Of a stretch of DNA of 64,000 nucleotides, positions 29,060 through 39,333 are shown piece by piece (position 1 is the stretch's first letter; each line of letters starts with the position of its first letter). The position numbers and the translations under genes are program-made. The notes under the pieces are model-generated. The model was not told the origin of the DNA. It searched no databases and saw nothing but the letters and a program-made list of their open reading frames with translations. The DNA is taken from positions 32,001-96,000 of IMG/VR virus record IMGVR_UViG_3300022555_000024; one strand, 5' to 3'. The DNA comes from a virus.

Positions 29060-30103
29060 ATGAATTACATTGATCAAAAATTTATTTCTACTCTATCTTC
29101 ACGTTTAGAAGGATTTCATAGAGTTGGCGCGAATGTGAATTTTCGATGTCCAGTATGTGGGGACTCAAAGGAAAATAAATCAAAACGAAGAGGTTGGCTT
29201 CTAGCAGGAAAATCTCATCCCGTATTTTTCTGTCATAATTGCCCAGTATCTATGTCTTTTAGCAACTTTATAAAATTTATAGATCCAACTCTTTATAGGG
29301 AATATATTTTTGAGCTTATGCAGGAGAAAAATCAATCTTCTCCAGAAAAAACAGTACAAAAAGTAAAGGTAGAAATAGAAGAAATACCAGAAGTAAATGA
29401 TTATATAAAAGATTTTTTAGATGCATTTACACCAATTTTATCTTTACAAGAAGATCATCCAGCAAGAACGTATCTTCTTGATAGAAAAATACCAGAAGAT
29501 AAACTAAAATATTTATATTTTGCAGAAAATATGCAAGATGTACATAAGATTGATAAATTAGGGAAGTATAAAAAAAGAATCTTAGATAAAGATTCTAGAA
29601 TTATTCTTCCAATATGGGGTAAAAATTCTCTTATAGGAATATCATGTAGATCATTAGATCCTTGTTCTTCAAAAAGATATCTAATCTATAAGTTTGAGGA
29701 AGAAATGCCTCTTGTTTTCGGACTTTATGATATTAATGGGAACTTGATAATAGATCCAAAGAAACCTATTATTGTAGTGGAAGGAGCTATAGATTCTCTT
29801 TTTCTAGACAATGGTATTTCTGTAAATGGGGCGGACTTAAAGAGAGTTATGAAAATGCTTTCGGGTTTGCAATTAATTTTTAGTCCAGATAATGAACCCC
29901 GCAATAAACAAATTTGTAAAGTGTATAAGCAAATAATTCAATCTAATAACAATATTGTCATTTTTCCAGATTTTATAGAACAGAAGGACATTAATGATAT
30001 GGTAAAGAATATGGGACTTGATAAAGTAAAAGAATTGATAAATAGTAGTATATATAAAGGACCTGCAAGTATGTTAAGGTTCAATTCATGGAAGAAATGT
30101 TAA
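29060..30103 (+). CDS. gp61: DNA primase
   Basis: RCPVCGDS...CHNC zinc domain, VVEGAIDSLF, DNEPRN and KDINDM. Confidence 0.95.
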   Translation: MNYIDQKFISTLSSRLEGFHRVGANVNFRCPVCGDSKENKSKRRGWLLAGKSHPVFFCHNCPVSMSFSNFIKFIDPTLYREYIFELMQEKNQSSPEKTVQKVKVEIEEIPEVNDYIKDFLDAFTPILSLQEDHPARTYLLDRKIPEDKLKYLYFAENMQDVHKIDKLGKYKKRILDKDSRIILPIWGKNSLIGISCRSLDPCSSKRYLIYKFEEEMPLVFGLYDINGNLIIDPKKPIIVVEGAIDSLFLDNGISVNGADLKRVMKMLSGLQLIFSPDNEPRNKQICKVYKQIIQSNNNIVIFPDFIEQKDINDMVKNMGLDKVKELINSSIYKGPASMLRFNSWKKC

Positions 30104-30113
30104 TAACATAAAA

Positions 30114-30332
30114 ATGTCAATAATAACACCACCCGAAGAACAACAAATTAGGATGCAGATTTGTAAAACCTGTTCTAATTTTAATCCAATAGGCAAGCGA
30201 TGTAAACTTTGCGGATGTATAATGCCAGTAAAAAGTAGATTGGCTTCAGCTACATGCAAAATAGGTCTTTGGAAAAATCCTGAAGTAGTAGAAAATGCGA
30301 AGGAAAGTATAAAAAGAGATTATATGGGTTAA
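30114..30332 (+). CDS. small Cys-rich zinc-binding protein (DUF6171-like)
   Basis: R..IC..C...RC..CGC...K......C...W. Confidence 0.65.
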   Translation: MSIITPPEEQQIRMQICKTCSNFNPIGKRCKLCGCIMPVKSRLASATCKIGLWKNPEVVENAKESIKRDYMG

Positions 30333-30859
30333 GTACATCTTGCTATAAAGAATGCATCTATCAAATCAGAGTAAGGAGACTTCCCGATTTTATTTTCTTT
30401 GGGAACTAATTTAATTTTAGTTTGTTCTTCAAATGCCGTATTCATAATGATTTTGTTAGCGTTTCCTTTACCAGAAGCAAATTTTTTTATAGTGCCAGGT
30501 GATAGTATATTATATTCTATATGATTTTTATGTAACAAATACTTTAAGATTCCAGTATGTTCTGCTATAGTGAAAACTCTACCAGATGCAGCAAACGCAT
30601 ACCCTTCTAAATTTACACTTTTAATATTATATTCAATCAGTTTATTAATAAAAAACATAGCAATAGTTTCAAATCTTGTTATATCTGTTTCATAATCTAT
30701 TGGAAGTTCCTCTACAGTTATATTTGAAAATGTTCTAAGATGATCAGAATCTTTTGATTCCTTTGTCATAGTAAAGAGTTTACATTCTTCAAAAGAACCA
30801 TTACCAATACATAATGCCGGTCCACTTATTGAATAATCAATTCCTGCAGAAATATACAT
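30329..30859 (-). CDS. RuvC-like nuclease/resolvase
   Basis: GIDYS, LEGYAF, IKKFASGKGNANK and DLIDAFF; minus-strand TATAAATA at 30880-30887. Confidence 0.8.
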   Translation of the reverse strand: MYISAGIDYSISGPALCIGNGSFEECKLFTMTKESKDSDHLRTFSNITVEELPIDYETDITRFETIAMFFINKLIEYNIKSVNLEGYAFAASGRVFTIAEHTGILKYLLHKNHIEYNILSPGTIKKFASGKGNANKIIMNTAFEEQTKIKLVPKENKIGKSPYSDLIDAFFIARCT

Positions 30860-30902
30860 AAATATTTTTAATTTTTTATTATTTATAACAAAAATCAATA
30901 TT

Positions 30903-31313
30903 ATGTTCGAAGAACCAGCAAAATTTAAACTAGTATATGAAGTTCCCAGTGTAGAAAGCATATATTCATTTATAGTTAAAACTTCTTCTTATAATGTATA
31001 TTTCAAACATATAGGGAATAATGTATATACTTCTAATTTTTTATTATATAGTCATAATGGTGAAATATTGATTACTATGGATAAGATAGATGTCGGCTTA
31101 GATGTTTCTATAGTTGTGTTTATAACATTCATAAATATAATGAAAGATTTTGCTTCTAGAATAAACCCTAGCGCAATAGAATTTAGAGCAAATGATGCAG
31201 ATAGTGAGAAACGAGCGTCTTTATATAAAACATTAACAAAGAAATTTATACCAGATGAGTATGAATTTTCTACAGTTTACATAATAACACCAAAAAATAA
31301 AATACATGAATAA
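30903..31313 (+). CDS. hypothetical protein
   Basis: C-terminal F.A...RASLY motif, shared with 32268-32531. Confidence 0.5.
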   Translation: MFEEPAKFKLVYEVPSVESIYSFIVKTSSYNVYFKHIGNNVYTSNFLLYSHNGEILITMDKIDVGLDVSIVVFITFINIMKDFASRINPSAIEFRANDADSEKRASLYKTLTKKFIPDEYEFSTVYIITPKNKIHE

Positions 31314-32271
31314 GTTATCAAAAAATGAAGTCAATGCAACAGCAAGAGGCGGTTCTGAGTTACAAGCAGAGTATTTACAAAAATATGTTGCAAAAGAACT
31401 TCTAGATCAATTTCAAATAATAATAACAAGAGTTAGAGAACTCGAAGACAAACCACGTTTACTCTGGTGTAAGGAAGTTGTTTCTGAACCAGAATCTCAG
31501 AGGTTAAAAGAACCTGCATTCCGTGATAATTTTAGATATATCATACACAATTCTGATTATCAGAGAAATCAGTTTAGAGATTATCTTGGAGTTCCATTTG
31601 AAAAATCACACGTCTTGAAAAATGCAATAGAACCATCGAATATAGACATTTCTAAAAAATTTTTTCCAGAGAAGGTAAAACTTATTTATTCTTCTACTCC
31701 ACAAAGGGGCCTTAATATTTTATATTCTGTTTTTGACGAGCTTTATAAGGATGACAAAAACATAGAACTAAATGTGTATTCTTCTTTTGATATCTATGGT
31801 CATCATGAAAGAAATAAACCATTTTTGCCACTGTTTGATCAATGTAAATCTCATCCAGGGATAAATTATTATGGTTCAGTTTCTCATGAAGAATTGAAAG
31901 ATGCTACAAAAGAAAATCACATTTTAGCATACCCTTCAATCTGGGAAGAAAGTAGTTGCACTACTATCATGGAAAACATGAGTGCAGGAAATCTTATAGT
32001 GACTAATAACTTAGGAGCATTGCCCGAAACCAGTGCAGGTTTCTCCTTAATGTATGATTATCAATCTAACCTTAATCTACACGCACAGAATTTCTATAAT
32101 ACGTTAAAAGAAGGTATTGACAGTATAAGGGGCAACGGGATAGGAAAAAAAATAAATGGAATGAGTATTACTAGCCTTTTAGAAGAACAAAAAAAATACG
32201 CAGACATTTTCTATAATTGGGAATTCAGAGGGCAACAATGGACAGAATTCTTAACTAAATTGTTAAAATGA
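31306..32271 (+). CDS. GT-B glycosyltransferase (GT1/GT4-like)
   Basis: GGSE, YSSTPQRGL, YPSIWEESSC...ENMSAG and GALPET. Confidence 0.85.
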   Translation: MNKLSKNEVNATARGGSELQAEYLQKYVAKELLDQFQIIITRVRELEDKPRLLWCKEVVSEPESQRLKEPAFRDNFRYIIHNSDYQRNQFRDYLGVPFEKSHVLKNAIEPSNIDISKKFFPEKVKLIYSSTPQRGLNILYSVFDELYKDDKNIELNVYSSFDIYGHHERNKPFLPLFDQCKSHPGINYYGSVSHEELKDATKENHILAYPSIWEESSCTTIMENMSAGNLIVTNNLGALPETSAGFSLMYDYQSNLNLHAQNFYNTLKEGIDSIRGNGIGKKINGMSITSLLEEQKKYADIFYNWEFRGQQWTEFLTKLLK

Positions 32272-32490
32272 AAATATACAGCACACTTATAACGGAACTT
32301 TATAATACACCCAGCCAGTTACAATATACATATAAATCAGAAAAGGCTGTTAGTACAAAAGATACACACCCCGACTCTAGAACATCTTTGTATATAAAAA
32401 TGGCAAAAAGTTTACCCCTGATAACTATGAACTTAGTATCGAAGATGAGGGTTGGAGAAGTATATTTATTTTTACAAGAGTTAAAAAATA

Positions 32491-32528
32491 GTTTCATAGT
32501 TAGTAGAAAATGTTTATATTATTCTATC
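32491..32528 (+). promoter_or_regulatory. repeated early-type promoter motif GTTTCATAGTTA-N11/12-TATATT
   Basis: Copies at 32491, 45044, 51812 and 54852, each upstream of an ORF. Confidence 0.7.
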
Positions 32529-32868
32529 TGAAAAACTAAACAAAAGGAACTACACATTGAAAAACACCACATTTGCAGGATTTTACAATTATCAGCAGAA
32601 CGATCTTCCTATGACAAAGATGATCTCCAATGAGGAAAATTTCAAAGATGTCGTCTCTGCACTTCAGGAACACTCCTATGAGCATCAAAAACAGTTTTCT
32701 AATTATCACATATCGGAATATGTTGATATGCCTAATGGTAGCCGTGAGAAAGTAAAACAGTTTGATCTTGGTTCTTACAGGTTCTGATAAAATAATTAAA
32801 AATATTTTTTTTGTTAATGAAAAATAATTATATTGTATTATCTGAATAACTAAAATTATATTTATATC

Positions 32869-34032
32869 ATGGAAATACAGGCATTTGAACAGCAATTGAT
32901 TGAGAAATTTGGCGGCGAAACAGTAACTAACAAAATGCTTCGTGAAGCATTTGGAAAAACGAACAAAAATTGGTATAATTATTTGCGTGCATATCGGCCA
33001 GAAACTGTTGTTGCGCGTGGATCATTTAGTATTCCAATGGAATTTGATATGGTTATTCCAACAACCCGTCAGAAAAAGGTTACTGTAACAAAAACAAAGC
33101 CAACCGCAAATTTATCACCAGAGATCTGTAGTACTGATGTTGCAGAAACTACATTCGGAGTCATTCCTGATATAGATCCTCTTTATGTACCATTCGGGTT
33201 TCACGCCTCTCTCAAAAAAATATTGAAGAAAAACTTTTTTTATCCAATATTTATCACCGGGCTTTCAGGAAACGGTAAAACAAAAAGTGTAGAGCAAGCT
33301 TGTGCAGAAATCTCAAGAAAACTGTATCGTGTTAATATTACAGTTGAGACAGATGAAGATGATCTTATTGGTGGATTTAGACTTTTTGACGGAAATACCG
33401 TGTTTGAGCATGGACCTGTTATTAATGCAATGAAAGATGGAGCAGTGTTGCTGCTAGACGAATGTGATCTGGCTAGTTCTAAAATTATGTGTCTGCAGTC
33501 TATTCTTGAAGGAGGTTCGTATTATATTAAGAAAACAGGTGAAACTGTGAAGCCAGCACAGGGATTCACCATTGTAGCTACCGCAAATACCAAAGGACGC
33601 GGTTCTGAAGATGGTCGATTTGTTGGAACAAACATACTTAACGAAGCTTTCTTGGAGAGGTTTGTTATTACAGTTGAACAGGAATATCCTTCATCTATTG
33701 TAGAGAAGAATATTTTGACAAAACTCTTTACGAAATATGATATTGATGACGATGATTTTGCAGACAAACTTACGAAGTGGGCAAAATGCATTCGTGATAG
33801 TTTCCTCAATGGATCAATGGATGAAATTATTACTACACGTCGTTTAGTACATATCGCAAAAACTTATAGCATTTTTTCGAATAAATTGGAATCTATTAAA
33901 CTATGTCTTGCTAGATTCGATGAACAGTCTAAAATAGCATTTTTAGACGCTTATACAAAAATTGATGCTACTGTAACAGAAGAAGAACCTGCGACAGAGA
34001 AATGTGAAGAAACAATCGAAACGCCTTTCTAA
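32869..34032 (+). CDS. CobS/MoxR-like AAA+ ATPase
   Basis: GLSGNGKT, ETDEDDLIGG, LLLDECD, ATANTKG and NEAFLERF. Confidence 0.9.
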   Translation: MEIQAFEQQLIEKFGGETVTNKMLREAFGKTNKNWYNYLRAYRPETVVARGSFSIPMEFDMVIPTTRQKKVTVTKTKPTANLSPEICSTDVAETTFGVIPDIDPLYVPFGFHASLKKILKKNFFYPIFITGLSGNGKTKSVEQACAEISRKLYRVNITVETDEDDLIGGFRLFDGNTVFEHGPVINAMKDGAVLLLDECDLASSKIMCLQSILEGGSYYIKKTGETVKPAQGFTIVATANTKGRGSEDGRFVGTNILNEAFLERFVITVEQEYPSSIVEKNILTKLFTKYDIDDDDFADKLTKWAKCIRDSFLNGSMDEIITTRRLVHIAKTYSIFSNKLESIKLCLARFDEQSKIAFLDAYTKIDATVTEEEPATEKCEETIETPF

Positions 34033-34067
34033 TAATATCTATACATACTATATAGAAAAGGGTTCGT

Positions 34068-34130
34068 TTTCTTGTGGCGTAATTGGTTAACGCTTTTGTA
34101 AATATGCAGGTTCGAATCCTGCCAAGAAAA
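34068..34130 (+). ncRNA. tRNA-like RNA lacking the anticodon arm
   Basis: Acceptor tttcttg/caagaaa, D arm gcgt-aattggtta-acgc, 12-nt unstructured linker, and T arm gcagg-ttcgaat-cctgc. Confidence 0.75.
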
Positions 34131-34239
34131 CAAAAATATTTTAAATGATATAATTGAAAAGGCATTTTTGCAAAGTCTTTATAATATATAGGCGCGAAAC
34201 ATACGCCTAGGTTTAAGTATTAAGTATAAAACTTCATAC

Positions 34240-34491
34240 ATGACAAATTCTGTTATAATAGAACAAGATTTTATAGTAACAAATCCTACTATTAATAGAA
34301 AATATCATATATCATGGGCTTCTAGAAAAGGTATGGTATGGATATTATTAGGATTTAATGATGAAAGAGCATATTTAATGACTCCTAAAACAAAAAAGTC
34401 TATAAGTTGTAGATTGAACGAATTAAGAGAAATTAATTATTATGCTCAAATAAACGCGAGTAAAAGAGAAAAGAATACTTCCAACAAATAA
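34240..34491 (+). CDS. hypothetical protein
   Basis: 83-aa ORF between the tRNA-like genes. Confidence 0.5.
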   Translation: MTNSVIIEQDFIVTNPTINRKYHISWASRKGMVWILLGFNDERAYLMTPKTKKSISCRLNELREINYYAQINASKREKNTSNK

Positions 34492-34696
34492 TTTTATAAA
34501 CTAGTAAAAAGATAAAGTTATTCCATATGAATTGTAGTTATAATAAAATTCAAGATCCGGTTTTTAAAATAGGGGATAAAGTTATTCTTATTAGTAATGA
34601 ATATGAATATGAGATAATAAATATTACTTATGATTGGCAAGGATACAGATACATTTTATTGGGTGGTTTGCATGTATATGAATCTCATTTAAAAAA

Positions 34697-34769
34697 GGCC
34701 TTATAGCTCAACTGGTTAGAGCAGTAGACTGTCGATCTACAGGTTTGGAGTTCGATTCTCCTAAGGTCG
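34697..34769 (+). tRNA. tRNA-Asp(GTC)
   Basis: ggcctta/taaggtc-G, D arm gctc/gagc, anticodon arm gtaga-ctGTCga-tctac. T stem only 4 bp; CCA not encoded. Confidence 0.8.
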
Positions 34770-34924
34770 CTAATAAATCCCTCCATCAAACATCTCAATT
34801 ATCGAGAGAGTTAATGTTATTCAAAATTTTATAATTTCAAGTTTATTCAAGTAATAAAATTATTTTTACTTTTAAAGAAAAATGGTTATATTATACTATA
34901 TGAATAACTAAACAATATTATATT

Positions 34925-37183
34925 ATGTCTATAGCACTTAGAGAAACAAAATCACTATTGGCTAAACTTTTGGCTGGTGAGAATATTTCTATTGAACATC
35001 GTAAAGTTCGTACTGCAGCATTTGATGTTAAAAACCGCGTATTGATTCTTCCCATTTACAAAAAAGATATTGAACCATCAGTGTATGATGTGTTTGTTGC
35101 ACATGAAGTTGGTCATGCTCTTTTCACTCCTTTAGACGAGAATATAGTAAAAAATAGAGCGCTATTTCAGTATGTTAATATGGTAGAAGACATCAGAATA
35201 GAAAAACTTATGAAAAATAAGTACGAAGGTCTTACTAAAGCGTTTTTTAAAGGATATTCGTACTTGGCCGCAGATGATTTTTTTGGTATAGCCAACGAAG
35301 ATATTTCAACATTGAGTCTTTTTGATAGACTCAATCTTCATTCGAAAATTTCTACACCTGGTTATTTTAATGAAATAGAACAGGGTTTTGCTGATCGTTC
35401 TAAAAAACTTCTTACTTTTTCTGAAGTTGTTCAATTAGCAAAGGAAATTAAGGAATATGATAATAGACCAGACGAAAAAGAATCAGATGATTCTGAGTCA
35501 GAGGTTACTGAAGTAGAAAATGGAGAAGATGGCGAAAATACTAATGGTTCTAAGGATAAAAACAAAGATAAGAAGAAATCTGACAAAAAGGAAAAGTCCG
35601 AAGAAGGAGACAGTGAAGGTGAAGGAGACAGTGAAGGTGAAGGAGACAGTGAAGGAGACGACGAAGGCGATAGCGAAGGCGATAGCGAAGGTGACGACGA
35701 AGGAGACGACGAAGGCGATAGCGAAGGAGACGACGACGATTCTGGAAAAACATCAAATAGAAAACCACGAAATAGAGAAAGAGTTACTGCAGACAATGCA
35801 AAGAATAAATTGAACGATTTTATTGATAACAATGCTACAGAATTAAAATATGTAAAAATTTCGAATTTTAATATAACTTCATTCATAGACAGTCATGATG
35901 AAATTCTAAATGAACTGAATAAAGTTTTTGAAGAAACTCCTCTTAATATAGATAATTTTGCTCTGTTTAAAACGCAAAATCAGAATGTAGTTAATTATCT
36001 TCATAAAGAATTTGAAATGAAGAAAAATGCAGAACAGTATAAGAGAGAACAATTTGCTACATCAGGTTCTATTGACTGTAATTTGGTGCATAAATATAAA
36101 TATGATGATAATATATTCAAAAGAATAGCAACAGTTCCTAATGGAAAATCTCACGGTCTTGTTATGCTATTGGATTTTTCTGGATCTATGTCTCATATAA
36201 TCTCAGATACCATAAAACAAATCATCACTTTGGTATTATTTTGTAAGAGAGCTGGAATTGCATTCGAGGTATACGCATTTAGAGATAGTAGCGATACCCT
36301 AAACGAATTTGATAAATATCAAAATCTTAAGGAAAATGAAGTTGTTTTGTGCTCAGGGTTTAAACTTTTAAATTTTATTTCAAGTAAACAAAGTGGACTA
36401 AAATTTACACAAGCACTTGCTAATCTATGGAGAATTGGATTAATTGTAGGAAGAGAAGCTTGGGCTTGGCAGCAAGATAATTTTAAAAGTAAAGTTAGAA
36501 TTTCTGGAAAATATACTCTTTCTGGAACACCTTTAAACTCTGCTTTAATAGCAAGCCCGAAATTGATAGAAAAATTTCGTCATGATCATAAATCACAGGT
36601 TGTTCATTTGGTAGTTCTTACAGATGGTCAAGCTACAGATGATATGAGAGTTGTGAAAGGATTACCCGGCAGTTATTATGGTTCAAAGTATACAACGTCA
36701 TACATTTCAAACGCTATTATTAAACATGGGCATAAAAACTATCCTACATTAATAGAAATGCCGCATGGTAATAGAGACAGTAGAGACTCTATTACTAATG
36801 CCTTAATATTATACGTAAAAGAAATTTCTAATGTTAGAGTTGTTGGTTTTTCTCTAATATCAAGATTGAGTGAATTTTCCAGCGTTCATTCATATTCTAA
36901 AATAGAAAGTAGCAATAACTATTACGAAGAGCATCAGAAATTGTCTAAAGATGGAAGTATAGCACTTACGGGATGCGCGTATAATGAATTATATGTTATT
37001 AGAACTGATAAAAGTAATTTTAGTTTTGATACTGAAAGCCCAAATTTTACACCAAATAACATGAAAGATGCAATTAAAGATGTAAAAGGAATGTTTTCGA
37101 GACAAGCGAATTCAATAAAGAAGCAGAGAGTTGTTTTAAATAAATTTATTACAATGATCTCCAATCCTATTCTAAACTTTTAA
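34925..37183 (+). CDS. CobT-like metallopeptidase-vWA protein with acidic linker
   Basis: HEVGH, NMVEDIRIE, MIDAS DFSGSM, GTPL and LTDG. Confidence 0.88.
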   Translation: MSIALRETKSLLAKLLAGENISIEHRKVRTAAFDVKNRVLILPIYKKDIEPSVYDVFVAHEVGHALFTPLDENIVKNRALFQYVNMVEDIRIEKLMKNKYEGLTKAFFKGYSYLAADDFFGIANEDISTLSLFDRLNLHSKISTPGYFNEIEQGFADRSKKLLTFSEVVQLAKEIKEYDNRPDEKESDDSESEVTEVENGEDGENTNGSKDKNKDKKKSDKKEKSEEGDSEGEGDSEGEGDSEGDDEGDSEGDSEGDDEGDDEGDSEGDDDDSGKTSNRKPRNRERVTADNAKNKLNDFIDNNATELKYVKISNFNITSFIDSHDEILNELNKVFEETPLNIDNFALFKTQNQNVVNYLHKEFEMKKNAEQYKREQFATSGSIDCNLVHKYKYDDNIFKRIATVPNGKSHGLVMLLDFSGSMSHIISDTIKQIITLVLFCKRAGIAFEVYAFRDSSDTLNEFDKYQNLKENEVVLCSGFKLLNFISSKQSGLKFTQALANLWRIGLIVGREAWAWQQDNFKSKVRISGKYTLSGTPLNSALIASPKLIEKFRHDHKSQVVHLVVLTDGQATDDMRVVKGLPGSYYGSKYTTSYISNAIIKHGHKNYPTLIEMPHGNRDSRDSITNALILYVKEISNVRVVGFSLISRLSEFSSVHSYSKIESSNNYYEEHQKLSKDGSIALTGCAYNELYVIRTDKSNFSFDTESPNFTPNNMKDAIKDVKGMFSRQANSIKKQRVVLNKFITMISNPILNF
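35603..35740 (+). repeat. tandem EGDSEG / EGDD coding repeats
   Basis: gaaggagacagtgaaggt units followed by gaaggcgatagc / gaaggagacgac units. Confidence 0.8.
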
Positions 37184-37909
37184 AAAAGGAGTATGTGATA
37201 AATCCATTTTACGAATTCACCTTAACAACTACAGGTGCCCCTCTCTTTATAGATGTAACTCAGATAGGGGCATTTTATCGTTATATTCCATCTCAAATCC
37301 CTGAGGATGAAGATGATGTAGAAACTACAATAGTAAGGATAGATGAAGAATGTTCATGGTCTATAGTAGAATCTCCAAAATACATAAACGATTGTATTAA
37401 TGAATTAATAACAGCAAACAATTACGGTTTTAAAAACGATTAAAAACAAATAAAACAAAATGGTATCATTATTTTATAATCAGGATTATAAGGTTACGTG
37501 GTGGTCTACAACTCCGCTAGGTGAATTTAGACTCGTTTGTTGGAGTGGAATATGGAATATATTCTTAAATAAAGTTTTTTTTGATGATGCTTACTCTTTT
37601 AATGAGGGTTTGGCTAAAATAGAAGCCCACATTAAAGAAAATTGTCCCAGAGAAAATGTTGAACAATGACATTATCAGAATGCAAACATGGCCAATGGTA
37701 TGAAATTGTAGATGGATTAGGTTTTATAAAAAATGAAACTACCATCTTATATGAATATTTACGAGAAGATAATACTCATTTTGTTGTAGGGGAAAGCCCC
37801 TATGATGAAATGGGAATTGTTGTTTCTATGGAAAACGCAAAGAAAATAATCGTTTCAGAACTCTTCTTTTAAAGTCACGCTTTTATTTTTGATTTATTTT
37901 TCTATATTA

Positions 37910-38350
37910 ATGTATATGGAAAATAAATCAAAAGTTGGAAAAATTGGTGAACTCTTGTGGATTAGAGAATTTGGTGGAAAGCAATTAGATGATGCTTTTG
38001 ATCAAGAATGTGATGTTTTTTTGGATGACAAAAAAATAGAAATTAAAACACAAGTTAGATTTTACAAAGAAAATGCCTTCACTGTAGATAAAAATCAACT
38101 TCAAAAATGCCTAGGCTGGCCAAATCTTAAAAAGGGATTCGGTGCTCAGTTTCTACATTTCGTTGAATACGATTTGTGCACTCCTATTATTACATTTTGG
38201 GAATGTTCAGATAGATTCGATTATAGGGAATTAAGTAATGGGAGAATAGCTTGGGATATTAGTAAAATGACAAAAATCAAGGAAATACAAGATGTCGAAT
38301 CATCAATGCAGTTGCAACAAAACACGAGCTCAAGATATAGAGCAAACTGA
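37910..38350 (+). CDS. putative PD-(D/E)XK nuclease
   Basis: GKIGE...CDVFL...IEIKTQ. Confidence 0.55.
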   Translation: MYMENKSKVGKIGELLWIREFGGKQLDDAFDQECDVFLDDKKIEIKTQVRFYKENAFTVDKNQLQKCLGWPNLKKGFGAQFLHFVEYDLCTPIITFWECSDRFDYRELSNGRIAWDISKMTKIKEIQDVESSMQLQQNTSSRYRAN

Positions 38351-38678
38351 ATCTATTAAAGTACTTTTAGAAGCTTTAGATATTCAGCGTAAAAAATCTA
38401 CAGATTATCAAAATCCAAATTCTAGTATACATCAAGCAGATTATTATCCCAGAGGAGTATCTTCCATATTAGATATAATTCAAGGTAAAGCACTTCGCAT
38501 CAGATCTGTTATAGAAGCTATGGAAAATGATGTTAATTATACTCCAAATTTCGAGTCTATAGAAGATTCATGTATAGATTTAATAAATTATGCATCTTTT
38601 GCGGTATCTTATTGTAGAGGAAAAATGGATGGTCAGAAAGCTGACAAAGATTTTTTGAATAGAAAAATAAAAAAATAA
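38292..38678 (+). CDS. nucleotide-modification-associated domain protein (DUF1599/NMAD1-like)
   Basis: KKSTDY, K..R and ESIEDSCIDLINYASF. Confidence 0.75.
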   Translation: MSNHQCSCNKTRAQDIEQTESIKVLLEALDIQRKKSTDYQNPNSSIHQADYYPRGVSSILDIIQGKALRIRSVIEAMENDVNYTPNFESIEDSCIDLINYASFAVSYCRGKMDGQKADKDFLNRKIKK

Positions 38679-38682
38679 AAAA

Positions 38683-39333
38683 ATGATTTCTACAATAGAT
38701 AAAATACGCGATGAGTTTCGTATTAAATTATTATCTGGAACATTTGTTATAGACAAAACCGGGGTAAAAACAGTAGATATTATAGGTGCAAAATTTTTAG
38801 CTAATGAACCGTTTATTTTTGGTACACCAAATCAAGATTATATAAGAAGAGAATTAGCATGGTATGAATCTCAGAGCAGAAATGTTTATGATATTGAAGA
38901 ACCAGTACCATTAATTTGGAAAAAATGTGCAAGCCCGGAAGGTCTTATTAATTCTAACTATGGTTGGTGTATTTATTCTAAAGAAAATGGATCACAATAT
39001 GATAACGTTTTAAAGGAACTTCGGCAAAATTCTGAATCTAGACGGGGCCAGATGATATATACGAGACCCAGTATGCATTCCGATTTTAATACAGATGGAA
39101 TGTCTGATTTTATGTGTTGTAGCAACACAACTCATTTTATAAGATCGGGAGAATTAGAAACAACTGTAAATTTTAGAAGTCAGGATGCTGTATTCGGTTA
39201 TAATAATGACTATGCATTTATGAAATATGTTCACGATAAATTGGCTAATGATTTAAATATAAGACCTGGAAATATTCATTGGTTTGCATCTTCACTCCAC
39301 ATTTATGAACGACACTTTAAATTTATAAAATGA
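38683..39333 (+). CDS. dCMP hydroxymethylase (T4 gp42-like, thymidylate synthase fold)
   Basis: NSNYGW, MIYTRPSM, DFMC, RSQDAVFGYNNDYAF (cytosine-specifying Asp) and SLHIYERHF. Confidence 0.85.
   Translation: MISTIDKIRDEFRIKLLSGTFVIDKTGVKTVDIIGAKFLANEPFIFGTPNQDYIRRELAWYESQSRNVYDIEEPVPLIWKKCASPEGLINSNYGWCIYSKENGSQYDNVLKELRQNSESRRGQMIYTRPSMHSDFNTDGMSDFMCCSNTTHFIRSGELETTVNFRSQDAVFGYNNDYAFMKYVHDKLANDLNIRPGNIHWFASSLHIYERHFKFIK

Noticed and set aside
34158-34212. Small hairpins (taggcg/cgccta) after the anticodon-less tRNA
   Set aside because: Too short to support an ncRNA call without comparative data.
35431-35886. Ser/Pro-rich and Arg/Leu-rich alternative-frame ORFs
   Set aside because: Shadows of the acidic repeat in the vWA gene.
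32869-37183. Cobalamin biosynthesis (cobS/cobT) auxiliary genes
   Set aside because: This MoxR-AAA/vWA pair is common in T4-like phages, and no other cob genes are present.
38683-39333. Ordinary thymidylate synthase ThyA
   Set aside because: Has gp42-type motifs with Asp at the specificity position, lies near a Bgt-like gene, and ThyX is already present.
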